From contig CAJTZN010000015.1 in the NCBI GenBank assembly GCA_910584065.1, positions 748-64,747 on the forward strand: a stretch of 64,000 nt of DNA, written 5' to 3'. The translations under genes were made by a program, and so were the position numbers. Position 1 is the stretch's first letter, and each line of letters opens with the position of its first letter. This stretch comes from an uncultured Eubacterium sp. (GTDB lineage: Bacteria; Bacillota; Clostridia; Lachnospirales; Lachnospiraceae). A model generated the notes under the pieces. That model was not told the origin of the DNA. It did no database searches and saw nothing but the letters and a program-made list of their open reading frames with translations. Positions 39,872 through 49,849 of the stretch are shown here, in pieces.

Positions 39872-41299
39872 ATGTTTTCTTTTCGACGTAACCGTCTGTG
39901 GACCGCCGTTTCGTGCTTATTGCTTATCGCTGTCGCCTTCGTTGTTCTCCTGCTTTTCTCTTACCACCGGATCGAGTTCTCCCCGGTTTCCCTCATGGAA
40001 AGCCGTGAACCCGTCAAAACACCGTACTGCGGCTTTTATCATCTCTACGGATATACGCTGTCCGAAGAGGGAACTGACCAGGCGGTCTCGTGGTGCCGGA
40101 ACATGCTGGAAAACGACACACAGTCCATCGTACTGCTGCAGATCAATCTGCGCAATTATTCCGACCAGAAGCTCACAGAAAAAGCGCTCGGGCAGCTCGA
40201 CACTGTCTTTTCCGCTTTTTCCAACTCCGGAAAGCAGATCATTCTCCGTTTTCTCTATGACTGGGACGGAAAAGCCCCTGAATCCGAACCGGACAGCCGG
40301 CCGCTCATTCAGACGCACATGAAACAGACTGCCGCCGTCGTGAACCGCTACTCCTCCCACATCTTTCTGATGCAGGGTGTGTTTACCGGCGACTGCGGCG
40401 AAATGCACAACACAAAATATGGTACAAACGAGGACATTACCGTCCTTATGAATACACTATCCGAAGCCGTATCCCCCGACATTTTTCTGTCCGTCCGCAC
40501 CCCGCAGCATCTGCGGACGATCGTCGGCACTGCCTCACCGGTCACTGACAGCGAAAAATACAACGGAACCCTGAAATCACGCCTCGGACTGTACAATGAC
40601 GGGATGCTCGGCAATGAATTTGACTGCGGTACTTACGGCGACACCTCGTTTGCCGAGGCGCATGACCATACACAAAAAGGCACGCGGCAGGAAGAACTCT
40701 CATTCCAGAACAAACTGTGCCAATACGTCCCGAATGGCGGTGAAGCCGTCCTTGACAACCCTTACAATGACCTAAATGCCGCCATTTCCAATTTGTCACA
40801 GATGCACGTATCCTATTTAAGTTGTGAACACGACGGCGCTGTGCTGACCAAATGGAAACATTCTGTATACGCTGGCGAAAAAGACGACGTATTTAACGGC
40901 GTCAGCGGTTACGACTATATCGCCGCGCATCTTGGCTGCCGCTTCGTCGTCCGTGATATAAATTTCGCCTGCGCGAAAGGCTTCGATCCGACCGTGACAT
41001 TCAGCATAGCCGTCGAAAATGTCGGGTTTTCCGCCGCTTATCGAAACTTTGATCTCGACGTCACCCTGCGCGACAATGACAGCGGCAGCGCGGTCTCTTT
41101 TCCCCTTGCCATCGACACGCGCACACTGCTTCCGGGTACGACAGGCCGGATCACCGGCTCCAGCCCCTCTCTTTCAAAGGGAAGTTATTCGGTACTCCTG
41201 TCCATGACAGACCCGGCCACGGAACTTCCTGTCCCTTTCGCCAATACCGGCGTGGAACCCGATGGGAAATTCCCGTGCGGACAGCTTACTGTCTCATAA
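39872..41299 (+). CDS. DUF4874/DUF4832-like putative glycoside hydrolase, membrane-anchored or secreted
   Basis: N-terminal TM; ILRFLYD, G.CGEMH, YNDG.LG, PNGGE and HLGCRF motifs. Confidence 0.75.
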   Translation: MFSFRRNRLWTAVSCLLLIAVAFVVLLLFSYHRIEFSPVSLMESREPVKTPYCGFYHLYGYTLSEEGTDQAVSWCRNMLENDTQSIVLLQINLRNYSDQKLTEKALGQLDTVFSAFSNSGKQIILRFLYDWDGKAPESEPDSRPLIQTHMKQTAAVVNRYSSHIFLMQGVFTGDCGEMHNTKYGTNEDITVLMNTLSEAVSPDIFLSVRTPQHLRTIVGTASPVTDSEKYNGTLKSRLGLYNDGMLGNEFDCGTYGDTSFAEAHDHTQKGTRQEELSFQNKLCQYVPNGGEAVLDNPYNDLNAAISNLSQMHVSYLSCEHDGAVLTKWKHSVYAGEKDDVFNGVSGYDYIAAHLGCRFVVRDINFACAKGFDPTVTFSIAVENVGFSAAYRNFDLDVTLRDNDSGSAVSFPLAIDTRTLLPGTTGRITGSSPSLSKGSYSVLLSMTDPATELPVPFANTGVEPDGKFPCGQLTVS

Positions 41300-41328
41300 C
41301 GGCGCATCTCCGGGCCAAACCATATGCT

Positions 41329-42648
41329 TTATTTGACCACAATAGTTCCGACCAATACCCGGCTTTCCCCGGACGTCTGGCCTTCGCTTCCCGAATTGTC
41401 CGGACAACGGTTCGCGAACAAAATACTCCGCCCATCCTTTTTGCGCCTGAGAGACAGATAATATTTGCCGGCACGGGGTAAAACCGGATGGGTGATACAG
41501 ACCATTTCGCCGCTCTGCCATTGTGTCACATCACAGCACACCCTTTCCTCCTGACACCCCCCCTGTTCATCCTCATACACGGCAAAAAGCTCCGCTTTCT
41601 CATAGATTGGGGAAAAACCCGTGTTTTCTATCTCCGCCCTGAGCAAAGCGTTCTCTTCGCCGCGCTTTTTCACCATCTCCACCCGTCTCACCACAAAGCG
41701 GTAGCCAAGATGGGCGCCTATGTAATCGTATCCATTCACCCCGTTCCACACATCGCTCCCGCTCCATTTTAACGTGCGCCAATACGAAAGCATCCGCATA
41801 TCATGGCAGCGATTCAAATAACTGATGTGCATGTCCGCCAGCCGTTTTACGATCTGCTCTAACGGCGGCTGTCCGCCATCCTGTCCATAAACTACCTCTC
41901 CGCCATTTGGAACCGTCCGGCACAGCTTATTCTGAAACGCGATCTCTTCCTCCGGACACCACGGTTTCTCCCATCCGGCACATGCCGCCTGTTCCGTCCC
42001 GTATGTCCCCAGATCCGTCACCGACCCCATGATACCGTCGTTAAACAATCCTGTCAATGTGCCTTGACCGCCACCCGGCTCAGGAAATATCTGTCTCCAC
42101 TGGGACGGCTTCCGCACGGCGAGAAAAAATTTCCCGTCTGCGGCCTCTGCCAGACGCCGCTGCATTTCCTTCAAATGACTGGCGGTCACGAATTTGGAGC
42201 TATGCATTTCCCCCCAGCTTCCGACGATCATTCCCTGATACACGTAAAGGGACAACGCGTATTTTTTTAAAAGCGGTGTCAGCTGCATAAGATGGCCGCA
42301 CACCGTGTCGAACTGCCCAGGTTCGCACTCCAGTCCCCTGCCCCCGGTATCATATACAAAACGCAGTAGGATATCACGCTGTCCGGCAAAAGCCGCAAGA
42401 ATCCGGTCAAACTTCTCCATCTCCGTCCGTGGCAGCATATCGCTGCCCGCTTCCAGCTGAATCACAAGCAGTACGAGCGCATCCTGTGAACAACTGCCGT
42501 CTGCCAGGATGTGAGGATCTTCTCCCGCCGGAAACGTATGTATCTCATACCAGCCGATTCCCGGATTTCTTAATTTGCCGGTACTTTCTTCCAACTTCTC
42601 CGGCAAAAACTTCCACTTAACCCTCTTTCTCATCTGCCGCCCCCGCAT
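41329..42648 (-). CDS. DUF4874/DUF4832-like putative glycoside hydrolase with no signal peptide
   Basis: NPGIGWY, LLRFVYD, GSWGEMH, PNGGE and HLGYRF motifs; paralog of 39872-41299. Confidence 0.75.
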   Translation of the reverse strand: MRGRQMRKRVKWKFLPEKLEESTGKLRNPGIGWYEIHTFPAGEDPHILADGSCSQDALVLLVIQLEAGSDMLPRTEMEKFDRILAAFAGQRDILLRFVYDTGGRGLECEPGQFDTVCGHLMQLTPLLKKYALSLYVYQGMIVGSWGEMHSSKFVTASHLKEMQRRLAEAADGKFFLAVRKPSQWRQIFPEPGGGQGTLTGLFNDGIMGSVTDLGTYGTEQAACAGWEKPWCPEEEIAFQNKLCRTVPNGGEVVYGQDGGQPPLEQIVKRLADMHISYLNRCHDMRMLSYWRTLKWSGSDVWNGVNGYDYIGAHLGYRFVVRRVEMVKKRGEENALLRAEIENTGFSPIYEKAELFAVYEDEQGGCQEERVCCDVTQWQSGEMVCITHPVLPRAGKYYLSLRRKKDGRSILFANRCPDNSGSEGQTSGESRVLVGTIVVK

Positions 42649-43405
42649 CTATTTTAAAAACGCAAATTCCTATCCACACAGCCAGAATCGAATAGATCAT
42701 ACGGCACATATAAATCAGCGGCCTGAGTCCCGAATGCATGCTGACGCCCTCTTCCCTGATATGCATCACCGCCGGCACCTCCACCAGACGGAAACCGAGA
42801 AGGAGCATCTGCATAATAATATTGGCGTCGGGATATCGGTCATCAAAATGATTGTAGCGGGAGTAAAAAATCACAACCCGTCTGCTCAATCCCTGAAGTC
42901 CCGTCGTGGGATCCGCAATCTTACGCCTCGTTCCGATAAATATAATGCCCCGGAACAACGTCCATGCGATTCGTTTCAGAAACGACACCGGATACGGGGT
43001 ACTCCCTTCCATAAACCGGGACCCCAGCACAATATCCGGATATTTCCCGTCTTCATCCGCTGTTTTCAGCCTTTCGTAAATCACGGGAATATTGCACACA
43101 TCATGCTGTCCATCGGCATCCATCTGAATCACATACTGGTACCCCCGCCGGATCGCATATTTGTACCCCAGCTGCAGGGCACTTCCATAGCCGAGGTTAA
43201 ACACATGCGTGACGATCTCATGCTTCTGTCTGCTCCCTTTCACAACCCAATTTGTCTTGTCCGAAGAGGCGTCGTTCATAATGAGGACATCCGCAATTTT
43301 CTCAATCTCCGGCTGTTCCAGCTTTTTCAAAAGCTTTCCGATATTGTTTTCTTCATTATAGGCGGGAATAATGATCAATAACTCTTTCTGTGCCTTCCTT
43401 CCCAT
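42617..43405 (-). CDS. GT2 glycosyltransferase, DPM1/GtrB-like
   Basis: IIPAYNEE, NLGYGSALQLG, DADGQH, GSRF and DPTTG motifs. Confidence 0.9.
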   Translation of the reverse strand: MGRKAQKELLIIIPAYNEENNIGKLLKKLEQPEIEKIADVLIMNDASSDKTNWVVKGSRQKHEIVTHVFNLGYGSALQLGYKYAIRRGYQYVIQMDADGQHDVCNIPVIYERLKTADEDGKYPDIVLGSRFMEGSTPYPVSFLKRIAWTLFRGIIFIGTRRKIADPTTGLQGLSRRVVIFYSRYNHFDDRYPDANIIMQMLLLGFRLVEVPAVMHIREEGVSMHSGLRPLIYMCRMIYSILAVWIGICVFKIDAGAADEKEG

Positions 43406-43424
43406 ATATCTGCCTCCCTTCTCT

Positions 43425-44681
43425 TTATTTTAACAATGCAAGAAAGCGCGCCAACTGTTTTTGCTGTCCGGTTACTTTTTTCGACGCCGCCTCCCCGTAG
43501 CGTCTGCACGCTTCCCTGTCTCTTACCATTTCAAGGACGCCGTCACGGATCCCCTCCGCAGTTAGGTCGCACATGCGTCCGTCCACCCCGTCTTCCACCT
43601 GCTCGCGGTTTCCGCTGCAATCCGATACAAGGATCGCGCATCCGAGCACCTGCGCCTCCTGAATCGCGATGCTCTTTCCCTCATACCGGGTCGCATGCAC
43701 ATATAAGTCGGTCTGCGCGTAATAAGGATACGGATTTTCCTTCGCGCCCAGAAGCAGAAAATCCCGTTCCAAGCCGTATTCTTTTATTTTTTTCTCGAGA
43801 TTCTTTCGCTCTTCTCCCTCTCCCAGCACATACCACCGCGCTTCCACTCCTTCCTCCCGCAGCAGTTTCATCGCCTCCACTGCGATTCCGTATGCTTTCT
43901 GCGCCGTCAGACGCCCCACCGTCAAAATGCGGATTCCGTCATATTCATCTTCAAATCCGCCGGACATCTGTGCCCGCTCCCGAATCCGGCCGAGATTTAT
44001 CATATTATAAAAAATCTCCGTCTTTTCATCATACTCCGGATATGTGTCTAAAAAATGCTCCCTCACCTCACCCGATACGGCAAAAATCCTGTCAAAATTT
44101 TCATAACAGCCGCGGTCGAGCTCTCTCGTATAACCCGCCTTTCCATAATCAATATGTATAAACCCCGCCTTTTTTCGCGCCGTGACATGATCCGCAACAT
44201 AATATGCGGATCCACCTTCCAGATATGCCACCGCAAGATCATATTCTTTCTCCCTCCCCAGCTTGCCGTCCAACTTCTGCCCCGACTTGCCGTCCAACTC
44301 CTGCCCCGGCGCGCCATCCGACATCACGCGCCACAAAAGTTTATCCGGCAGAACGGCCCTTCCTTTCATCATCCGGAACAGATTGCATAAAACATAGGGG
44401 AAATTTTTGAACAAACTCCCCTTCCGGAACATTGTCCGCAAAATATATCGGTTCAGGCGGCTCTTCCCCTCCCGGCTGAGGACGGAATCGTCACAGAAAT
44501 CCTTATTCAGCAGCGTCACGTGATCCGGAAGCTGATGAACCATCTCGCCCTGATTCATCAGCACAAAAAGCGAGACTTCATACTGCTGCGGCGGAAGGCT
44601 GCGCAAAAGTTCCAGCATCGCCGTCTCCGCTCCCGCTCCCCCGAGCGTATTAATCACAAACAGGATCTTTTTTCTCATCAT
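43425..44681 (-). CDS. GT4 glycosyltransferase
   Basis: GAE, VGRL..QK and EG..IAIQEA motifs. Confidence 0.9.
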   Translation of the reverse strand: MMRKKILFVINTLGGAGAETAMLELLRSLPPQQYEVSLFVLMNQGEMVHQLPDHVTLLNKDFCDDSVLSREGKSRLNRYILRTMFRKGSLFKNFPYVLCNLFRMMKGRAVLPDKLLWRVMSDGAPGQELDGKSGQKLDGKLGREKEYDLAVAYLEGGSAYYVADHVTARKKAGFIHIDYGKAGYTRELDRGCYENFDRIFAVSGEVREHFLDTYPEYDEKTEIFYNMINLGRIRERAQMSGGFEDEYDGIRILTVGRLTAQKAYGIAVEAMKLLREEGVEARWYVLGEGEERKNLEKKIKEYGLERDFLLLGAKENPYPYYAQTDLYVHATRYEGKSIAIQEAQVLGCAILVSDCSGNREQVEDGVDGRMCDLTAEGIRDGVLEMVRDREACRRYGEAASKKVTGQQKQLARFLALLK

Positions 44682-45076
44682 TCCCCCCCCTCCGCGCATG
44701 CCTTTTCCAACAGCTCCTGCAGCCTGTCAAGTTCTATGAACATCCGCTCATTTTCCTGATTCAACAGCGAAACCTGCATGGCAAGCTCCTGTGTCTTCCT
44801 GCTGAGCACGGAAATGTATATACTGAAATAAAACAGACAGCACACCACACAAACCGCGGCAATGATAATGATAATCGTCCCCGTCCGGCTGACATACCGG
44901 CTCCACACGATTGGACGCAAAAAGATTCCGGCCAGGATCAAAAGAACAGATATCACTCCCCAAAACAGGCAAAACTGTTCCTTTAACCTCCGCTTTGACA
45001 GAGACATGACCGTCTCCATCAAAATAAGTACCCCCCCTGACGTCATAACAATACGTAAAATCTCCCCTGTTTTCAC
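44678..45076 (-). CDS. DUF2304-like small membrane protein
   Basis: Three TM segments plus a coiled-coil tail (ELAMQVSLLNQE); GTG start with GAGGAGG RBS. Confidence 0.75.
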   Translation of the reverse strand: MKTGEILRIVMTSGGVLILMETVMSLSKRRLKEQFCLFWGVISVLLILAGIFLRPIVWSRYVSRTGTIIIIIAAVCVVCCLFYFSIYISVLSRKTQELAMQVSLLNQENERMFIELDRLQELLEKACAEGGE

Positions 45077-46548
45077 TGTTCGCCCTCCTCTTCTACATCC
45101 CGTGCGCGCCATTTCCGGTCAAACACTTTGGAATCCGGCATCCGTCCGTATCCTTCCTCCAGCAGATGGCCTTTACAGAACACGTGCTCATCCAAATGCG
45201 TCTCAAGCCATCGAAGCCGCCTGTAAGCCATACACCATCCGGCGAAAGATCCTGCCAAAACGCCAAGCCCATACCATATTTCCGAAAAATAAGTGGCAGC
45301 CACACTGACGACAAATGTCGTGAAACACAAAATGATCGTTGTCGCAACGGCCCCGCTCAGATCATTAAAATAGTATAAAAATATGATGGCAGAATACATA
45401 ATAAACAGCACAAAATAACCGGCCGCCATGCACGGGTATATTTTCATGATCAGACCATCAAACCCGAACTGGGGCAGCAATATGATGCATACAAAAAACA
45501 AAATAACAGAAATAATAAACTGTATCTGTACGAGATTGGTAAGCTGATCCGCAAGCTGGCGGAACATCCGGCTTTTCGCCAGCTCAATGTCAATATACCT
45601 GCCGCCGATGACCGCTTCGGAATATGCCTTGTACCGCTCGTGGAAATGCATCTCCACACGCGATATGAAAATAACCGTCGTCGGAATATTGGTAAACATG
45701 GCGAGATAACTCGCCATATCATATGTCGTGGCGCTGACAAACGAATTGGCGACCACGATATGGATATCCGTCGTCCAAAACACAAAATTGTGGATATACA
45801 GAGCAAGCGTGTAAAAAAAATTAGCCACCACAAGTTTCCAGTACTGACGGAAATATAAAAATACCCTTTTGTACTCTCCGCTGTTCTCGCGGAAATAACT
45901 CCTGATCACGGCAAGTTCAAGACTGGCAATAAGCAGAAAACCGAGATCCAGCGACACCAGCATCGCAAACGTCTTTTCCATTTTAAAGCTGTTTACAAGT
46001 ATCATTGACATCAATACCGTAAATATCATTCCGAGCAGGAAGAAAAAGGATATTTTTTTGTAATCCTTGCAGATCGAGAGGTAAAGCATCTCATAAAACA
46101 CGATCAGCAAGGTAATATAACCGCAATAACCCGCAAACACATAAAATACGGGCACGCCTCCTACTATGTATTCGCGTATGCAAAACGGAATGCCGAACAG
46201 GCAGCTGAATATGACGTTCAAAATAAGCCCCAGATAGAAACACGGCAGAATATCTTCGTACTTCTCATCATAAATCACGTCCGACATATATCTAGACAAC
46301 ACCGAATTAAATGGCGCCGCCGTCAACAGGGAAAAGATAAAGATATACAATACCGTACTCGCAAACAGTTCCCTCTCAGCGAACCCGACCTTGGATATAT
46401 CAAGCACAACCTGCATGACCATGATCGACGAGATGACGAGAACCATCGGGGCAATCGTGATCATCGTACTGTAACCCATACCGATCAGATTTGTCGTCAG
46501 CGTATTTTTTCCATATATACTATTTAATTTTACACCGATTCCCGCCAT
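45073..46548 (-). CDS. pelG: Pel exopolysaccharide transporter PelG
   Basis: Characteristic MAGIG N-terminus, SRY.SD and YD motifs, many TM segments; follows pelF. Confidence 0.9.
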   Translation of the reverse strand: MAGIGVKLNSIYGKNTLTTNLIGMGYSTMITIAPMVLVISSIMVMQVVLDISKVGFAERELFASTVLYIFIFSLLTAAPFNSVLSRYMSDVIYDEKYEDILPCFYLGLILNVIFSCLFGIPFCIREYIVGGVPVFYVFAGYCGYITLLIVFYEMLYLSICKDYKKISFFFLLGMIFTVLMSMILVNSFKMEKTFAMLVSLDLGFLLIASLELAVIRSYFRENSGEYKRVFLYFRQYWKLVVANFFYTLALYIHNFVFWTTDIHIVVANSFVSATTYDMASYLAMFTNIPTTVIFISRVEMHFHERYKAYSEAVIGGRYIDIELAKSRMFRQLADQLTNLVQIQFIISVILFFVCIILLPQFGFDGLIMKIYPCMAAGYFVLFIMYSAIIFLYYFNDLSGAVATTIILCFTTFVVSVAATYFSEIWYGLGVLAGSFAGWCMAYRRLRWLETHLDEHVFCKGHLLEEGYGRMPDSKVFDRKWRARDVEEEGEQ

Positions 46549-46550
46549 AA

Positions 46551-47984
46551 TCAGCTCTCCTCTTTTTCCACTTTCGCCCGAAAGATCTCATATATTTCCT
46601 TATATGTCTTTCTCATGTCCTCAATCTTATACCGGCTCATCAGCCGGCGGTATCCATTCATTCCCATCTGTTTGCGCGATACCGGATTCTCCGCCATCGC
46701 AATCATAGCGTTCGCGATTTCTTCCAGATTCATAATGTGCGTAAGGATACCGGCATTTCCAAAATCATCCCCATCCCCATACAAAAGTTCCCGGCAGTTG
46801 CCGACGTCCGTAGCGATCACTGGCTTTTTCGCGGCATAGCTCTCCAGAATCGTCAGCGGCTGGCCTTCGCTGATGCTCGTAAGAATCGTAAAATCCATTC
46901 TCCCGAGATACTCCCTCACGTCAACCCTGCCCGTAAATACCACATCCGGTACATGCAGCATATCTACAAGATCAAAGCACTCCTGCGCATAATCCTCATC
47001 TTCATCACACGGCCCCATAATCCATAACTTCAGTGCCGGCACCTTCTTTTTGGCAAAAGAAAATGCCTGTATCATCGTTTTTACATCCTTGATCGGCGTT
47101 ACACGGAGAACTGCCCCGATATTGATGAGAGACATCTCATCCTCCTTTTTCCCGGGAAGATCCGCGAGCCGGCCTGTGTCGATCCCATTCGGCGTCACCC
47201 GCGTTTTCTGCTGCGGGCAGCCGAGGTCGATCTGCAGCCCCCTCGCATGTTCGTAGAGGCTGGTAACAATATCCGCCCTCTCATACGCCACCAGCGACAT
47301 TTTCTTAAACTGTTCAATCCATATATTTTTGTATATTCCCTCTACCCATGACGCCTTGATAATTTCCTCTTCCCGCTCCCTCGTATAAATACCGTGTTCC
47401 GAAATGAGCAGTCCGCAGTTGTAAAACTGCTTCGCCATACTTCCCAAAACTCCCGCATAACCGGTGGCGACACAATGATACAGGTCGGCGGACGGAATTT
47501 TTGTTTTCATCACCAAAAACAGCGGCAGATAAATCGACCGCATCGTCCAGAGGAAATCGGAAAATACAATATGCGGATATTTTTCATGATAACACTCTTT
47601 TGCAATATGAAAAAAATCCGGTCCCATCAATAGCTCGTCGATCGAAAACTTCTTCGTTCGAAACAGATTAAAGATCACGTCCCAGTTAATATCCTGATCC
47701 AGCACCATACTGCGCATCGCCTGATATTCTTCCTTTTTCAGATGAAAACCCATTTTCCCATGCCGCTCCGCATGCCAGTCCTTGTCCTCCAGATATACCT
47801 CGTGTACCTCCGTGAGATTGTCCGGCAGTTTATAAGCAAATTTACGACTCTGGGAACGATTCGCCACAATCGTCAGAAGCACAAATTCAATATCAGGAAA
47901 ATTATTGATCAAACTATGTATCCATCCTGACACGCCTCCGACAACATAAGGGTAACAGCCCTCGGCAACAACACAGATCTTCAT
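46551..47984 (-). CDS. pelF: GT4 glycosyltransferase PelF
   Basis: EGCYPYVVGGVSGW, TGYAG, EHGIYTRER, PIKDVKT and SISEGQPL motifs. Confidence 0.93.
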   Translation of the reverse strand: MKICVVAEGCYPYVVGGVSGWIHSLINNFPDIEFVLLTIVANRSQSRKFAYKLPDNLTEVHEVYLEDKDWHAERHGKMGFHLKKEEYQAMRSMVLDQDINWDVIFNLFRTKKFSIDELLMGPDFFHIAKECYHEKYPHIVFSDFLWTMRSIYLPLFLVMKTKIPSADLYHCVATGYAGVLGSMAKQFYNCGLLISEHGIYTREREEEIIKASWVEGIYKNIWIEQFKKMSLVAYERADIVTSLYEHARGLQIDLGCPQQKTRVTPNGIDTGRLADLPGKKEDEMSLINIGAVLRVTPIKDVKTMIQAFSFAKKKVPALKLWIMGPCDEDEDYAQECFDLVDMLHVPDVVFTGRVDVREYLGRMDFTILTSISEGQPLTILESYAAKKPVIATDVGNCRELLYGDGDDFGNAGILTHIMNLEEIANAMIAMAENPVSRKQMGMNGYRRLMSRYKIEDMRKTYKEIYEIFRAKVEKEES

Positions 47985-48027
47985 CCGCTTCACCTCGTTT
48001 CCACTTCTCGACTTCTATTATAACACA

Positions 48028-49845
48028 TTATGGCAAAGTATAATAGGGTTTGTCTGTTTTTTCACAACGGATCGTAACCTCGTTTTCTTTTGCGCAGATC
48101 AAATATGCGTCTTCCTCAATTTCCTCATACTCCCCGCCCTGAATGGACAGGATCTTCTCTCCGTGCGTCCTCAATATCATCCACACTTCATCGCTCTGCT
48201 TCTTCATCCGAACCCGAATCTCATCCCCGACTCTCTCATGTGTATAATCCATCCCGAGAAAGGCACGGATTCTCCTGTCGCTCTCGGAAGCGGTCGTCTG
48301 CGTAAACATACTGAACTTTTTCCAATACGTGTTAATATTGCTGGAAAATTTATCTGAAATGACCTCCCAGCGGTCCGCATCGGTCTCCGGCCACGTCACA
48401 TGATTCATATTTAGTACGATATTGGAATATCCCAGGGCGGTCTGAAGGCTCTTCATGCGGATATCATCCATATACGTATGGTTGACAGCCTCACTTGTGA
48501 TACTCTGTCTGGTCAGATCCCTCGTCATATAAGTGACAACCGGATAGTCTTTCGTATAGCCGGCGGTCACCGTCAGGATGTTGTTTCTCGTCGCAAAACT
48601 CTGCAGCCCGGCCGTGCTGCCGCTATAAGACGGAGCGATATAGATGGCGCCGTACCGGTAGCTGCTATATGCCGAGTAGAAAAAGATCTCGTCCTGACTC
48701 ATCTTTTCCTGCAGACTGCCTGCCTTAACGTAGTCAAATGAAAGCCCCGCTTCCGCCCCTTTTTCCTTGAGCTGTTTCAGATAGAATACCAGCTGCTCCC
48801 TCTGGGGCAGGTTTTTGTCCATATAATCGGCCTGCGGCACGAGATAACAGGTCATGCGCAGGGCGCTCTTCTCAATCATGGCGCAGAGGCTCGGCCACAG
48901 GATATCCCGGTAAACAGCCAGCTGATCGCGGCTGTACAGGCGCTGCATCGTTTCCTCGTTTTCTGCGGAAAACCCCGGAAAATTGGACACCGAAAGACTC
49001 TGTGCATTCACAACGGGATAAATGGTATACGGATTCATCTCCGCCTCCATCGCATTCAGGATACCGATCCCCGCCAAATCCGACATATACTCGCCATTTA
49101 CGGCAAATACTTTCCCGTTACCGATACCGTTGCGCCAAATGAGCGCCGGATACTGCTCATTTTTCACATCCGGATCCGGCACCATGCCGACGGCATATGT
49201 TTTGCACCCATTCCCGGTCAGATACCACGGAATCGATAAATTCAAATCCTGACGCTCTTCCTTTTCTTTCTCATCTTTTGGCACATATATTTCCTGTCCA
49301 CCCAGCAAAAAACCGGAAAACAAATTGACGCCATCAATATTTTTCGCATTTGCCCGCACTTCCTGAATCCCAAGTATATTCTTCCATTCCCTGGATTCCT
49401 CGATGAACGACGGTTCCGGCAGATTGCAGAACACAACATTCATCCCCCGCTCCGCCATCTCCGTCAGTGCCTGTATCGCCCCTTTCTCACGGACACGGTC
49501 TTCCTCGACGAGGATCATCTGTGCTCTCTCTTCCATATTGTCCGGGCAATCCTCCATACTGGGGCGCACCATGAGACGTCTCTTTGTAAACATGCACCAC
49601 TGGGATACTACATTTCCGATGTCGTCGCCGGCGTCCCCGATGAACACAACGTATTTTTTGCCATCGCTGTAGGCCGACCCGGAATACGCATTCCACGCAT
49701 CCACCCTGTTTTCCACCGCATCCCTTGCATACGCGTTGGTGTCATACTGGTTTCCGACTTCCTTCATCACCTGCGAAAACTGAAACATAAAAAACAGTAC
49801 GACCATCATAATAATAATCGTGATAAAATTCCGTTTCGATATCAT
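48028..49845 (-). CDS. DUF2194/PelA-deacetylase-like protein with apparently degenerate active site
   Basis: N-terminal TM; P.IW..G.GKV and YPVVNA..FP...DI.WP motifs; lies directly before pelF. Confidence 0.7.
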   Translation of the reverse strand: MISKRNFITIIIMMVVLFFMFQFSQVMKEVGNQYDTNAYARDAVENRVDAWNAYSGSAYSDGKKYVVFIGDAGDDIGNVVSQWCMFTKRRLMVRPSMEDCPDNMEERAQMILVEEDRVREKGAIQALTEMAERGMNVVFCNLPEPSFIEESREWKNILGIQEVRANAKNIDGVNLFSGFLLGGQEIYVPKDEKEKEERQDLNLSIPWYLTGNGCKTYAVGMVPDPDVKNEQYPALIWRNGIGNGKVFAVNGEYMSDLAGIGILNAMEAEMNPYTIYPVVNAQSLSVSNFPGFSAENEETMQRLYSRDQLAVYRDILWPSLCAMIEKSALRMTCYLVPQADYMDKNLPQREQLVFYLKQLKEKGAEAGLSFDYVKAGSLQEKMSQDEIFFYSAYSSYRYGAIYIAPSYSGSTAGLQSFATRNNILTVTAGYTKDYPVVTYMTRDLTRQSITSEAVNHTYMDDIRMKSLQTALGYSNIVLNMNHVTWPETDADRWEVISDKFSSNINTYWKKFSMFTQTTASESDRRIRAFLGMDYTHERVGDEIRVRMKKQSDEVWMILRTHGEKILSIQGGEYEEIEEDAYLICAKENEVTIRCEKTDKPYYTLP

Positions 49846-49849
49846 GACG

